Of a stretch of 64,000 bases of DNA, positions 1 through 9,578 are shown piece by piece. This DNA is from an uncultured Candidatus Rokubacteria bacterium (GTDB taxonomy: Bacteria; Methylomirabilota; Methylomirabilia; Rokubacteriales; DASRDR01): the NCBI GenBank assembly GCA_963708025.1, contig CAVPSB010000013.1:64001-128000 (forward strand). Direction: 5' to 3'. How positions within the stretch are numbered: the first letter of the stretch is position 1; each line of letters begins with the position of its first letter. The notes beneath the pieces are model-generated. The model searched no databases and was not told where the DNA came from. It was given only the letters and a program-made list of their open reading frames with translations. Position numbers and translations under genes: made by a program.

Positions 1-2240
1 ACGCGGTCCGGCAGCGCGCGGTCCCGGAGCCGGAACATCCGGGCCAGCAGGGCCTGCTCGAGCGCGGGGGTGACCCGCTCCCGCTCCAGCGCCAGGTCGA
101 TGCCGAGGGAGCGGGCCTCCACCACCAGCTCGTTGATCCTCTCGGCCACGTCGTCCTGCTGGATCAGTCGGGTCAGCTCCCGCTCGACATCGCGCTGGAG
201 CACGTACCGCGCCGCCAGCACCAGCGCGTCGGGCGGCCGGGCGTCCACCTCGCGCAGGTACTGCATGAGCCGGCGGGTCTGCTCGTAGAGCTGGCGGTAC
301 GTGTCCTCGAAGCGCTGGAGCACGCCGTCGGTCACGGTAGCCAGGATCTTGCGCCGCTCCTCCAGGAACAGGTCCCGGATCCCGTAGGTCCGCCCCTGGA
401 AGTGGCGATCGAGGGCGCGGACCACCTCCGAGAGGCTATGGCCGACGAAGTGCCGGAACAGCTCGTCCCGGATCGCCGCGAAGCCAGCCGGATCCGAGTA
501 GCTCCGGGTCGCGCAGTGGAAGTCGTAGCCACCGTAATGCAGGACGGCGACCCCGGCCTCCTCGCTCTCCATGGTGACGTCCGAGATCACCCGGACGTGG
601 CCCACCGTCAGCGAACTGTCGCCGGACGCTTCCCGCTGCCACTCCCGCCGGGCGACCGAGTAGGCGTAGACCTTCGCCTCCTCGCCGTAGGGCTGGTACG
701 GCGCGGCGATGGCGTAGTGGGCAATGACGCGGTGGAGGTTGACAACGGCCGGCAGGACGTACCGCCGGTAGACGGCGTCGCCGGCGCCCAGCTCGGGCAG
801 GTTCGAGGGCGCGGCCACCAGCCGGACCATGAACGCGGCTTCCAGATCGCTGCCGCCCCCCAGCTCCCCGGCGAGCTGGACGACCCGCGCCGCGTACTTG
901 AGCACCTGGACCGTCTCGATCCCCGAGATCTCGTCGAAGAACCAGCCGCACGAGGTGTACATGAGCAGGCGATGGCGCTGGAGCTCCAGGAGCTTGATCG
1001 TCTCGATCGCCTCGGGCGCCGAGAGCGGACGGAGCTGATGGCGAGCGAAGTAGGCCGCCACGCTGGCCGGCGACCGGGCCAGGATCACCTCGATGTAGTC
1101 GTCCCGGGCCGCCCACGGATCCTTCAGCAGCGTGGACGCCCGCGCCTCGAAGAGGGGGTCCACCACGTCGCGAAGCCAGTCCAGCGCTTCGCGGAGCGGC
1201 GCCCGCCAGCGCTGATGCCAGCCCTTGCGCCCGGAGTTGCAGCCGCAATCCGCGCGCCAGCGCTCCACGCCGTGCGCGCAGCTCCACGACGAGGGCGCGG
1301 TGATCTCCACCTCGTGGGCGGGTGGAGAGCCGGCCAGGAAGGCCCCGTAGTTCGTCAGCCTCGCTCTCCCGTCGCGCTCGATCCGGTCGCAGGCGGCGGC
1401 CAGCGCCATGTCGCCGAACGGGTGGTGGTGGCCGTACGACTCGCCGTCGGTCGCGATGTGGACGAGCTGGGCCCCCAACCGCCGCTCGTCGAAGCCGGCC
1501 ATGAGCCGCTCGGCGAAGGCGTCGCCGGAGGCGAGCAGGCCCTCGAACGCCACCGCGTGCGAGATCGGACCGTCGTAGAAGAAGAGGGCCAGGCTCCGCC
1601 CGTCGGTTCCGCTCCACCGATAGGCCCGGCTCGGATCGATCCCGCCGCCGACCTCCTGCCACTCCTTGTCCGGCAGCACCCGCACGCGCGCAGCCTGCTT
1701 GGGCGCCAGGATCGTGAAGGCGATGCCGTGGTCGGCCAGCACCTCCAGTGTCTCCTCGTCCACCGCCGTCTCCGGCAGCCACATCCCTTCCGGCTCGCGG
1801 CCGAACCGGTGACGGAAGTCCGCCAGGCCCCAGCGCACCTGGGTGAGCTTGTCCCGGTAGGTGCAGAGCGGCATGATCGCGTGGTTGTACGGCTGAGCGA
1901 TCGCGTTGCCGTGGCCGCCGCGGGCCACCACGCTCGTCCGGTCGGCCTCGAGGATCCGAGCGTAGACGTCGGGACGCTCGCCGGCCAGCCAGTGCATCAG
2001 GGTGGGTCCCACGTTGAAGGAGCTCCGCTCGAAGTTGTTGGTGATGTCGGTGATGCGGTTCTGGCCGTCGACCCGCCGGGCGGCGGTGTTGGGAGCGTAG
2101 CACTCGACGGTCACCCGCACGTTCCAGTCGTGGTAGGGGAAGGCCGAGTCCTGGACCTCGACCGCCTCCAGCCACGGGTTCTCGCGGGGCGGCTGATAGA
2201 AGTGCCCGTGGATGGCGATGAAGCGCGGCTCGTCGTTCAT
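1..2240 (-). CDS. GH57-family glycoside hydrolase with DUF3536 domain (3' end runs off the window)
   Basis: Manual translation from ATG at 2240: MNDEPRFIAIHGHFYQPPRENPWLEAVEVQDSAFPYHDWN...SFNVGPTL...GMWLPET...ATDGESYGHHHPFGDMALA...LMYTSCGWFFDEISGIE. It is absent from the ORF track because there is no stop inside the window. Confidence 0.9.
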   Translation of the reverse strand, partial: MNDEPRFIAIHGHFYQPPRENPWLEAVEVQDSAFPYHDWNVRVTVECYAPNTAARRVDGQNRITDITNNFERSSFNVGPTLMHWLAGERPDVYARILEADRTSVVARGGHGNAIAQPYNHAIMPLCTYRDKLTQVRWGLADFRHRFGREPEGMWLPETAVDEETLEVLADHGIAFTILAPKQAARVRVLPDKEWQEVGGGIDPSRAYRWSGTDGRSLALFFYDGPISHAVAFEGLLASGDAFAERLMAGFDERRLGAQLVHIATDGESYGHHHPFGDMALAAACDRIERDGRARLTNYGAFLAGSPPAHEVEITAPSSWSCAHGVERWRADCGCNSGRKGWHQRWRAPLREALDWLRDVVDPLFEARASTLLKDPWAARDDYIEVILARSPASVAAYFARHQLRPLSAPEAIETIKLLELQRHRLLMYTSCGWFFDEISGIETVQVLKYAARVVQLAGELGGGSDLEAAFMVRLVAAPSNLPELGAGDAVYRRYVLPAVVNLHRVIAHYAIAAPYQPYGEEAKVYAYSVARREWQREASGDSSLTVGHVRVISDVTMESEEAGVAVLHYGGYDFHCATRSYSDPAGFAAIRDELFRHFVGHSLSEVVRALDRHFQGRTYGIRDLFLEERRKILATVTDGVLQRFEDTYRQLYEQTRRLMQYLREVDARPPDALVLAARYVLQRDVERELTRLIQQDDVAERINELVVEARSLGIDLALERERVTPALEQALLARMFRLRDRALPDR

Positions 2241-2499
2241 CCGGTCAGATGTCTCGCGTGGATGGTCCGGACCGAGACCCGAGCCCCGGCCACAGGCCGA
2301 TGGCCGTCCGAAGGACGCAGGGAGGAGGCGGGCCGAGGCGTATGCCGCCGTTGACGACCTAGTCGCGACGCCTTGGGCCTCCGGCCCTCGGGACGTCGCT
2401 TCCTTGTGGGAGGCCCGCCGACGACCCCGGAGGCCGGGACGTCCTCGGCCCGGTCGGGATGAACGGACGACCCCGGGGCGACGGGTATCGGCACGGACC

Positions 2500-3738
2500 T
2501 CAGAACAGGTCCTCCAGGTTCAGGACGTGAGCCCGCCCCCCTCGCGGGATCACGACGATGCCGGAGTCATCGCGGTGCCAGCGCCGCGCGTCCTCCTCGC
2601 GGTCCTCGCCCACGATCGTGCCCTGCTCCAGCCGGTTGAACCGGTCCACGATGGCCCGGCGGAGGCGCACGCCCTTCTCGAGGCGGGTCCCGTCCATCAC
2701 GATCGAGTCCTCGACCACGCACCCTTCCTCGACCCGGACGTCGCGGCCCAGGATCGAGTTTCGCACGGTGGCGTGGCGGATCAGGCTCCCCTCGCCGACG
2801 TGCGCGTTCTCGATGTGGCCGCCCAGGATGCGGGCGGCGGGGCCGGCGTGGCGGCTGGCCAGAATGGGCCAGGCCTCGTTGTCGAGGTCGAACCGAGGGG
2901 TGTCGCCCAGGAGGTCCATGTGGGCGCGCCAGTAGCTCTCGATGGTCCCGATGTCTCGCCAGTAGCCGCGCTCCTCGTAGGGCTTCAGTCCCGGGATCTC
3001 GTTGGCCTGGAAGTCGTAGGCGAACGCCCGCCCGTGCAGGAACAGCGCGGGGATGACGCTGCGCCCGAAGTCGTGGCCGGTGGACCGGCTGGCGCCTTCC
3101 AGGAGCGTGTCCACCAGGATGTCGCGGTCGAACAGGTAGTTGCCCATCGAGGCGAAGGCGAGGTCGGGGCGATCGGGGATGGCCTGCGGCCGGGCCGGCT
3201 TTTCCTGGAAGGCCACGATGCGGCTGTCCCGGTCGACACCGATGACGCCGAACCCGGTCGCTTGCTCGACGGGGACCGAGAGTGCCGCCACCGTAACCTG
3301 GGCGCCGTGCGCGGCGTGGAAGTCCATCATCTGACGCACGTCCATCCGGTAGACGTGGTCGGCGCCGAAGACGGCCACGAGGTCCGGCCGGAAGTCCTCT
3401 ACGAGATTCAGATTCTGGAGAACGGCGTCGGCGGTGCCCCGGTACCACACCTCGCCCATCCGCATCTGGGGCGGAACCACGGTCACGAAGTGGTCAGCGA
3501 CGAGGCCACCCGACCGCCAGGCCAGCCGCAGGTGCTCGATGAGGGACTGCGACTTGTACTGCACCAGGACGTAGAGGGAGAGGACGCCCGAGTTGACGAA
3601 GTTCGAGAGGACGAAGTCGACGATGCGGTAGCGGCCGCCGAACGGCACCGCCGGCTTCGAGCGCTCGCGGGTGAGCGGACTCAGGCGCTCCCCCTTGCCG
3701 CCGGCCATGATGAAGGCGAGGACCCGCGCCGGCCTCAT
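2500..3738 (-). CDS. glgC: Glucose-1-phosphate adenylyltransferase (ADP-glucose pyrophosphorylase)
   Basis: MAGGKGERLSPLTRERSKPAVPFGGRYRIVDF, WYRGTADAV, GADHVYRMD, FQEKP, ASMGNYLF and YWRDIGT motifs. Start taken at ATG 3738. Confidence 0.95.
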   Translation of the reverse strand: MRPARVLAFIMAGGKGERLSPLTRERSKPAVPFGGRYRIVDFVLSNFVNSGVLSLYVLVQYKSQSLIEHLRLAWRSGGLVADHFVTVVPPQMRMGEVWYRGTADAVLQNLNLVEDFRPDLVAVFGADHVYRMDVRQMMDFHAAHGAQVTVAALSVPVEQATGFGVIGVDRDSRIVAFQEKPARPQAIPDRPDLAFASMGNYLFDRDILVDTLLEGASRSTGHDFGRSVIPALFLHGRAFAYDFQANEIPGLKPYEERGYWRDIGTIESYWRAHMDLLGDTPRFDLDNEAWPILASRHAGPAARILGGHIENAHVGEGSLIRHATVRNSILGRDVRVEEGCVVEDSIVMDGTRLEKGVRLRRAIVDRFNRLEQGTIVGEDREEDARRWHRDDSGIVVIPRGGRAHVLNLEDLF

Positions 3739-3787
3739 GCTCCGGGGCCGATCCCCGCCGCCGGGCGGCGCTCCCCGTCCCGTCCGC

Positions 3788-5551
3788 TCATCGCGCCGCC
3801 GGGCCCCGGATCCAGGCCGGGTCGATGTCGGCGAACAGGAAGTCTTCCCGCTCCAGCCGGCGCAGCGCCTCCTCCTCGTCGGGGCCGAGCGTGCCCGTCT
3901 GGGCGAGCTTGTCCGACAGCTCGAGCAGGTGCTTGAACTCCGCGTAGTGCTCGGCAAAGCGCCGCTCCGCGTAGTCCCGCGCCGACCGGGTGGTGATGAG
4001 GAATTGCCAGTCCGAGGCCTGGAGCAGGAGCGCCTCGCGACAGGCCTGGGCCAGCACCCGCTGGTGGAGCGCCGAGCCGTCGCCCGCGCGGCCGAGGCGC
4101 TCGACGAGCGCCTGCTCGGCGTCGTAGACGCGGTCCCAGGTCCACTCGGTTTGCGGGTTGAGCCAGACCCGGTGGTCGCCGCCCTCGCCCCACGATCCCT
4201 CCTCCAGCGTCATCACCTCGCCGGGAACGCCGGCGTCCACCACCTCGGCCAGCGTGACGGGCCGCACGCCGTCCCGGGCCAGGCGACGCGCCACCGCCTC
4301 CAGGAAGTCCGGGCCCTCGAACCACCAGTGTCCGAAGAGCTCGGCGTCGTATGGCGACACGACGACCGGCGGGTATCCGCCGCCGTCATCGGCGGCTTCC
4401 TTCAACGTGCGCTCCACCAGGTGGACGAAGTGGTCGGCGTGGCTCTGAACCCGCTCGGCCGCCACCTCCGGGGAATAGAGCTGCTTGTCGCCGAGGTCCA
4501 CGCCGGCCCCGGTGACCCGCCAGTACCGGAAGCCGCCGGGGAAGTGCTTCTTGTGGAACTCGAGGTACTGGGGCTCGCCGGGATAGCCCTGCTCGCGGCT
4601 CCAGACCTGGACGGTCGTCTTCGGATCCCGGACGAACGCCACCGCCGTGCCCGTCCCACCGCGCGAGGCCACCTGGTAGGGACGATAGGGGCTGGCCGCC
4701 TTCGCCGCGCGCGACGACCGCACCGGCGGCCGCTCCCGGGGCAGCGCGGCCAGCGCCGGGAAGAAGTCGCGGTAGGCCGAGAGCGGCGTCCCGCTCCGGA
4801 TGAGGTGCGTGTCCACGAGGAAGAACTCGATCCCGTACTCGGCCAGCAGCTCCTCGATCCCGGGCCGGAGCCCCCGCGGCGCCGCCGAGCCGCCGACGGG
4901 CGGCTTCCAGTCGTAGCGCGGGCGGTAGGCGCACTCGGGCAGCCAGATGCCGCGAGGCCGGCGGCCGAAGTGCCGCTGGTGGCTCGCGACCGCAGTCCCG
5001 AGCTGGAGGCGGATCGACTCGTCCCGGGAGAGCAGCGGGAGGTAGCCGTGGGTCGCCGCGCAGGTGATGATCTCCAGGTGACCGGCGGCGCCCAGCTCGG
5101 CGAAGGCGCCCAGGAGGTCACCGCCCACCCCCCGCAGCAGCGCCCACATCCGCTCGAAGTACTCTTCCCAGTACCGCGTCAGCGCGACCAGCTCGTCCTG
5201 TCCGGTCCGGCGGAAATACGCCCGGTTGTCCTCGACGTAGCGCAGGCGCGTCCCGATGAAGAACTCGAACTCCTTCTGGAAGGCGCCGGAGGCGAGCTGC
5301 TCGGCCAGGACCGGCGAGATGTTGATCGTCCACCGGGGGGAGATCCCGGACGCGACCAGCCGGCGGGCTACGTCGAGGAGCGGGAGGTAGCACTCGGTCG
5401 CGGCCTCGCTGAGCCAGTCGGAGCCGTGAGGCCACCGGCCGTGGTTCAGGACGAACGGCAGGTGCGTGTGGAGAACGAGGGCGAAGCCGGCGACGGAGGG
5501 ACCCGCCGCGGGACCCGAGGACGACGCCCGGCTGGACTCGCGCTTTTTCAC
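3788..5551 (-). CDS. GH57 1,4-alpha-glucan branching enzyme (DUF1957 C-terminus)
   Basis: HTHLP, ATHGYLPL, GIWLPEC (nucleophile Glu), PYDAELFGHWWFEG (acid/base Asp) and LQASDWQF motifs. Confidence 0.9.
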   Translation of the reverse strand: MKKRESSRASSSGPAAGPSVAGFALVLHTHLPFVLNHGRWPHGSDWLSEAATECYLPLLDVARRLVASGISPRWTINISPVLAEQLASGAFQKEFEFFIGTRLRYVEDNRAYFRRTGQDELVALTRYWEEYFERMWALLRGVGGDLLGAFAELGAAGHLEIITCAATHGYLPLLSRDESIRLQLGTAVASHQRHFGRRPRGIWLPECAYRPRYDWKPPVGGSAAPRGLRPGIEELLAEYGIEFFLVDTHLIRSGTPLSAYRDFFPALAALPRERPPVRSSRAAKAASPYRPYQVASRGGTGTAVAFVRDPKTTVQVWSREQGYPGEPQYLEFHKKHFPGGFRYWRVTGAGVDLGDKQLYSPEVAAERVQSHADHFVHLVERTLKEAADDGGGYPPVVVSPYDAELFGHWWFEGPDFLEAVARRLARDGVRPVTLAEVVDAGVPGEVMTLEEGSWGEGGDHRVWLNPQTEWTWDRVYDAEQALVERLGRAGDGSALHQRVLAQACREALLLQASDWQFLITTRSARDYAERRFAEHYAEFKHLLELSDKLAQTGTLGPDEEEALRRLEREDFLFADIDPAWIRGPAAR

Positions 5552-5841
5552 GGCTCTCGCCTCCCGTGCCTGGAATCGGGGGCCCCGGGGACACCCCCGG
5601 TCGGGCGAGCCACCCGAGGCCCGGCAGGGATGCGCGTCCGGCCAGCCAACGACACCGGTTCGGTTACGAATACGGGAACTTACGCAACAAGGCTAGGGTT
5701 GCAGAAGGCCACCGGGGTGTCAAGCCGAAAGCCCGGACGCCCGGAGTGATGCGGCACGCCCGGGGGCGGCTCACCCGCGGGCCGAAGACGAGCAGGGGAG
5801 ACCAGCGCGCCCAGGATCAGGACCTCGAGGTGCGGGCGCGG

Positions 5842-6030
5842 TCTCAGTTCGGGACCTCCCGCCCACCCCCCCAGCCCCCCTCCCCCACCCACCGGGGGGA
5901 GGGGGGAGTCGGAGAACCCCATTCCTTCACACGCTCTCAGTTCGGGACCTCCCGCCCACCCCCCAACCCCCCTCCCCCACCCACCGGGGGGAGGGGGGAG
6001 CCGGAGCGTCCATTCCTTCACGCGCTCTCA
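5842..6030 (-). repeat. Two tandem copies (~93 and ~91 bp) of a G-rich dispersed intergenic repeat
   Basis: TCTCAGTTCGGGACCTCCCGCCCACCCCC...CCCACCCACCGGGGGGAGGGGGGAG(T/C)CGGAG...CATTCCTTCAC occurs at 5842 and again at 5935. Confidence 0.9.
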
Positions 6031-7884
6031 TCGGGTGGCGACGTCCTCGTGGAGGTAGACCAGCGTCCGGTAGGGCGAGAGCGCGAGCGCGGCGCGTCCG
6101 CCCTCGAGGCCGGCCGGCGCCGCGGCCGGCCCCGGCCCGCCGAACTCCCGCGCCTCGCTGTCGAGATGGAGCCGCCAGCGACCCTCCGGCACCACGACCT
6201 CGACGTCGCCGGGCGCCGCACCGTAGCCGAGGACCACCCACGCCGCCTCGCCGGTCGCGGCCCACCGGTGGAGCGCGAGGGTCGACCCGCCGCGCGTCAG
6301 GCGGGTCCGCTCCCGGTCCGGCGCCCGGAGCGCCGGATGGGTGGCGCGCAGGCGCAGCAGCTCCCGGTACCAGGCGAGGACGTGCGCCTGGGGCGGCTCC
6401 GCCCGGCGGCGCCGGTCGAGCCGGCAGGCGGCGAAGGTCGCCTCGGCCTGAGGATCGGGAACCTCGACGTCCCAGGCGAACTTCGCGAACTCACGGCGAC
6501 GACCGTGGCGCACGGCCTCCCCGAGTGCCGGATCGCCGAAGCTCGTGAAGAAGGCGAAGGGCGCCGTCTCGCCGTACTCCTCGCCCATGAACACGAGGGG
6601 CAGGTAGGGGGCGCAGAGTACCGTGGCGGCCGCGAGCTTCACCGCGGCCAGCGGCACCTCGGTGATCAGGCGCCGGCCGCACCCGCCATTCCCCACCTGG
6701 TCGTGGTTCTGGGCGAAGACGACGAAGGCCTCCCCGGGCAGCCCGACGCTCGGGGTGCCGAGCACGAAGCCCCTGAAAGGCGAGAGCCGGCCCTGGTACA
6801 CCCAGGCGTCCCGGAGGGCGACCTCGAGGTCGTCCAGGCCGCCCGTGAAGTCGTCGTAGTAGCCGCCACGGGCCCCGGTGAGCGTGACCCGGAGCGCGTG
6901 GTGCAGGTCGTCGCTCCACTGCGAGGCGAGCCCGTAGCCGCCCCGGCTCCGCGGCAGGACGATCCGGCACTCGTTCCGGTTCGATTCCGCGATCACGTGG
7001 ACCGCGCGACCGAGCTCCTGGGCCTGCCTCTCGACCGCCTCCCCCAGCTCGGCCAGGATGTGGGTCCGGCCCGTGTCCCGGATGGCGTGGACGGCGTCGA
7101 GCCGCAACCCGTCCAGGTGATACTCCCGGATCCAGTAGCAGGCGTTTCCCAGGACGTGGCGCCGGACCCCGGCCGACTCCTCGCCGTCCCAGTTCAGGCC
7201 CTCGCCCCACGGCGTCCGGGACTCCGCGAAGTAGGGCCCGAACTCGGCCAGGTAGTTCCCCTCCGGGCCCAGGTGGTTGTAGACGACGTCGAGGATGACC
7301 GCGAGGCCCGTCCGATGGGCGGCGTCCACCAGGCGCCGCAAGCCCTCCGGCCCACCGTAGCTCGACTGGGGCGCGAAGAGGTGCACGCCGTCGTAGCCCC
7401 AGTTCCGGGGACCGGGGAACTCCGCCAGCGGCATCAGCTCGACCGCCGTGAGGCCGAGGTCCCGCAGCTCCGGGAGGTGCGGGATCACGGCCTCGAAGGT
7501 GCCGGCTTGCGTGAAGGTGCCGACGTGCAGCTCGTAGAGGCGCAGGTCGGCCAGCGGCACGCCTCGCCAGTCGGCGTCCGTCCAGCGAAAGGCGGCGGGA
7601 TCCACGACGGCCGACGGACCGTGGACGCCATCCGGCTGGGAGCGGGAGACAGGATCGGGCCGACCGGCCCGGCCGTCGGGGCGATAGTGATAGCGGGCCC
7701 CGACCTCGAGATCCGGCACCAGGGCCTCGAAGATGCCGGCCGGCCGGGGCGCCAGCGCCAGGCGCCGGGCCGGCCCCGGACCCACGATCTCCACCTCGAC
7801 CCGGCGGCAGCGCGGCGCCCAGACGCGGAAGCGCACGCCGCGTGGGTCGGGGCGGGCGCCGAGGTCGGACCCGCCGGAGGCCAG
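6028..7884 (-). CDS. treZ: Malto-oligosyltrehalose trehalohydrolase (GH13)
   Basis: FRVWAP, DPVSRSQPDGVHGPS, YELHVGTFT, RNWGYDGV, DVVYNHLGPEGNYL, GLRLDAVHAI, QNHDQVGN and FMGEEYGE motifs. The start is uncertain (CTG at 7884 after GGAG). Confidence 0.92.
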   Translation of the reverse strand: MASGGSDLGARPDPRGVRFRVWAPRCRRVEVEIVGPGPARRLALAPRPAGIFEALVPDLEVGARYHYRPDGRAGRPDPVSRSQPDGVHGPSAVVDPAAFRWTDADWRGVPLADLRLYELHVGTFTQAGTFEAVIPHLPELRDLGLTAVELMPLAEFPGPRNWGYDGVHLFAPQSSYGGPEGLRRLVDAAHRTGLAVILDVVYNHLGPEGNYLAEFGPYFAESRTPWGEGLNWDGEESAGVRRHVLGNACYWIREYHLDGLRLDAVHAIRDTGRTHILAELGEAVERQAQELGRAVHVIAESNRNECRIVLPRSRGGYGLASQWSDDLHHALRVTLTGARGGYYDDFTGGLDDLEVALRDAWVYQGRLSPFRGFVLGTPSVGLPGEAFVVFAQNHDQVGNGGCGRRLITEVPLAAVKLAAATVLCAPYLPLVFMGEEYGETAPFAFFTSFGDPALGEAVRHGRRREFAKFAWDVEVPDPQAEATFAACRLDRRRRAEPPQAHVLAWYRELLRLRATHPALRAPDRERTRLTRGGSTLALHRWAATGEAAWVVLGYGAAPGDVEVVVPEGRWRLHLDSEAREFGGPGPAAAPAGLEGGRAALALSPYRTLVYLHEDVATR

Positions 7885-7901
7885 GTCTCCGCCGGCGGTT
7901 G

Positions 7902-8213
7902 CTACCAGCGGGGCGATCGGCGCGGACCCCCGCCGCCGCGGCCGCCACCACCGCCCGGGCGCGCCCCCTGGGGGTTGGCGATCTGGACCGTGATCGGACG
8001 GCCGTCGAGGTTCTGCCCGTTCAGCGTGCTGATCGCGGCCTGCGCCTCCTCGTTGGTGGACATCTCCACGAAGCCGAAGCCGCGCGACTGGCCCGAGTCT
8101 CGATCGGTGATGACGGTGGCGGACTCGACGGTCCCGCACCGGGCGAACTGCTCCCGCAGCGTCTCGGACGTCGTCGAGTAGGAAAGTCCTCCCACGTACA
8201 GCTTGACTGCCAT
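7902..8213 (-). CDS. RRM (RNP-1) RNA-binding protein with Gly/Arg-rich tail
   Basis: KLYVGGL (RNP2), SRGFGFVEM (RNP1), GGGGGRGGGG tail, and AGGAGG RBS upstream. Confidence 0.95.
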   Translation of the reverse strand: MAVKLYVGGLSYSTTSETLREQFARCGTVESATVITDRDSGQSRGFGFVEMSTNEEAQAAISTLNGQNLDGRPITVQIANPQGARPGGGGGRGGGGPRRSPRW

Positions 8214-8388
8214 GCTGCCTCCTTTGTGAGGGCCCGGACGAACCCAGGGGCGTACGCGGTTCGAGCATATCGGCTAGCCGGCGGTGCCGTCAAATCACCA
8301 CGGCGGTTCGTCTATAATACCGGGGCATCGGGGCCCCATCGGCGCCCTTCGATTCCCCGCGAGACCGAGGCACCAAGGAGGCGAGACG

Positions 8389-9549
8389 ATGAGACGGACA
8401 CTCCTGCTCGTGGCGTGCGCGATCGCGCTGGCGGCGACTCCGGCGGCGGCCGCCGAGAAGGTCAAGATCGGGTTCATCGCCACCTTCTCCGGCCCGATCG
8501 GGGTCATCGGGCAGCACATGATCGACGCGTTCACGCTCGGCATCGAGCACGCGGGCGGGAAGCTCGGCGGGCTCCCGGTCGAGGTCGTCAAGGAAGACGA
8601 CCAGCTCAAGCCCGACGTCGGCCTCCAGGTGGCGAAGAAGCTGCTCGAGCGCGATCGCGTCAACTTCGTGGTCGGCACCGTGTTCTCCAACGTCATGATG
8701 GCCATCTACAGGCCGATCGTCAACGCCCGGATCTTCCTCATCGGCTCGAACGCCGGGCCGTCGCCCATCGCCGGGGCCCAGTGCTCGCCCTGGTTCTTCT
8801 CGGTCTCCTGGCAGAACGACCAGCCCCACGAGGCGATGGGCAAGCACGTCCAGGACAAGGGCGTGAAGCGCGTCTACCTGATGGCCCCGAACTACCAGGC
8901 CGGCAAGGACGCCCTGGCCGGGTTCAAGCGCTACTTCAAGGGGGAGGTCGTCGGCGAGGTCTACACCCAGATCAACCAGACCGACTACTCGGCCGAGCTG
9001 GCCCAGCTCCGGGCCGCCAAGCCCGACGCGCTCTACACCTTCCACCCCGGCGGGCTGGGCGTCAACTTCGTCAAGCAGTACGCGCAGGCCGGGCTGATGT
9101 CCGAGGTGCCGTTCTTCTCGGCCTTCACCATCGACGAGACGACGCTCAAGGCCCAGGGCGACGCGGCCGTCGGCACTTTCGGCACCGCCTTCTGGAGCGC
9201 GGACCTCAAGAACCCGGCCAACGAGCGCTTCGTGGCCGAGTTCCGGAAGAAGTTCGGCTACGAGCCGTCAACCTATTCGGCGCAGTCCTACGACGCCGCT
9301 CTCCTGCTGGACGCCGGCATCAAGGCCGTCGGGGGCAAGATCGAGGACAAGGAGTCGCTGCGGGCGGCCTTCCGCAAGGCCGACTTCCGGTCGGTGCGCG
9401 GGGCCTTCAAGTACAACACCAACCACTTCCCGATCCAGAACTTCTACCTGCGCCAGGTCGTGAAGGAGGGGGCTGACCTCAAGCTCGTGAGCCGCGGCCT
9501 CGTCTTCAGCGAGCACGCCGACGTGTATGCGAAGGACTGCAAGATGTGA
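8389..9549 (+). CDS. livK: Branched-chain amino acid (LIV)-family ABC transporter substrate-binding protein
   Basis: Signal peptide MRRTLLLVACAIALAATPAAA, KIGFI, EDDQLKPD, NYQAGKD; AAGGAGG RBS; first gene of an ABC operon. The symbol is family-level. Confidence 0.88.
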   Translation: MRRTLLLVACAIALAATPAAAAEKVKIGFIATFSGPIGVIGQHMIDAFTLGIEHAGGKLGGLPVEVVKEDDQLKPDVGLQVAKKLLERDRVNFVVGTVFSNVMMAIYRPIVNARIFLIGSNAGPSPIAGAQCSPWFFSVSWQNDQPHEAMGKHVQDKGVKRVYLMAPNYQAGKDALAGFKRYFKGEVVGEVYTQINQTDYSAELAQLRAAKPDALYTFHPGGLGVNFVKQYAQAGLMSEVPFFSAFTIDETTLKAQGDAAVGTFGTAFWSADLKNPANERFVAEFRKKFGYEPSTYSAQSYDAALLLDAGIKAVGGKIEDKESLRAAFRKADFRSVRGAFKYNTNHFPIQNFYLRQVVKEGADLKLVSRGLVFSEHADVYAKDCKM

Positions 9550-9578
9550 GGTAGGGCGGGAAGCGCCGCTCCCACCCC

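Noticed and set aside
2237-2494. 85-aa ORF filling the gap between glgC and the GH57-DUF3536 gene
   Set aside because: It is low-complexity R/P/G-rich sequence with no motif. The stop/start overlap alone is insufficient support.
5560-5730. Riboswitch or ncRNA upstream of the GH57 branching enzyme
   Set aside because: A TTGACA hexamer and GC hairpins are present, but I recognise no aptamer consensus or well-spaced -10. An Rfam/Infernal search would be needed.
5842-6030. Tandem repeats as a CRISPR array
   Set aside because: There are only two ~92-bp units, no unique spacers and no cas genes, and the unit is dispersed elsewhere in the window.
402-8181. Long plus-strand ORFs (402..2354, 2212..3936, 3671..5749, 5566..8181)
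   Set aside because: They are antisense shadows of recognisable minus-strand genes, expected at this GC content, and carry no family motifs.
6028-8268. RRM-TreZ fusion or N-terminally extended TreZ
   Set aside because: The RRM gene is in a different frame with its own RBS and stop; the extension is read-through of a stop-poor frame.
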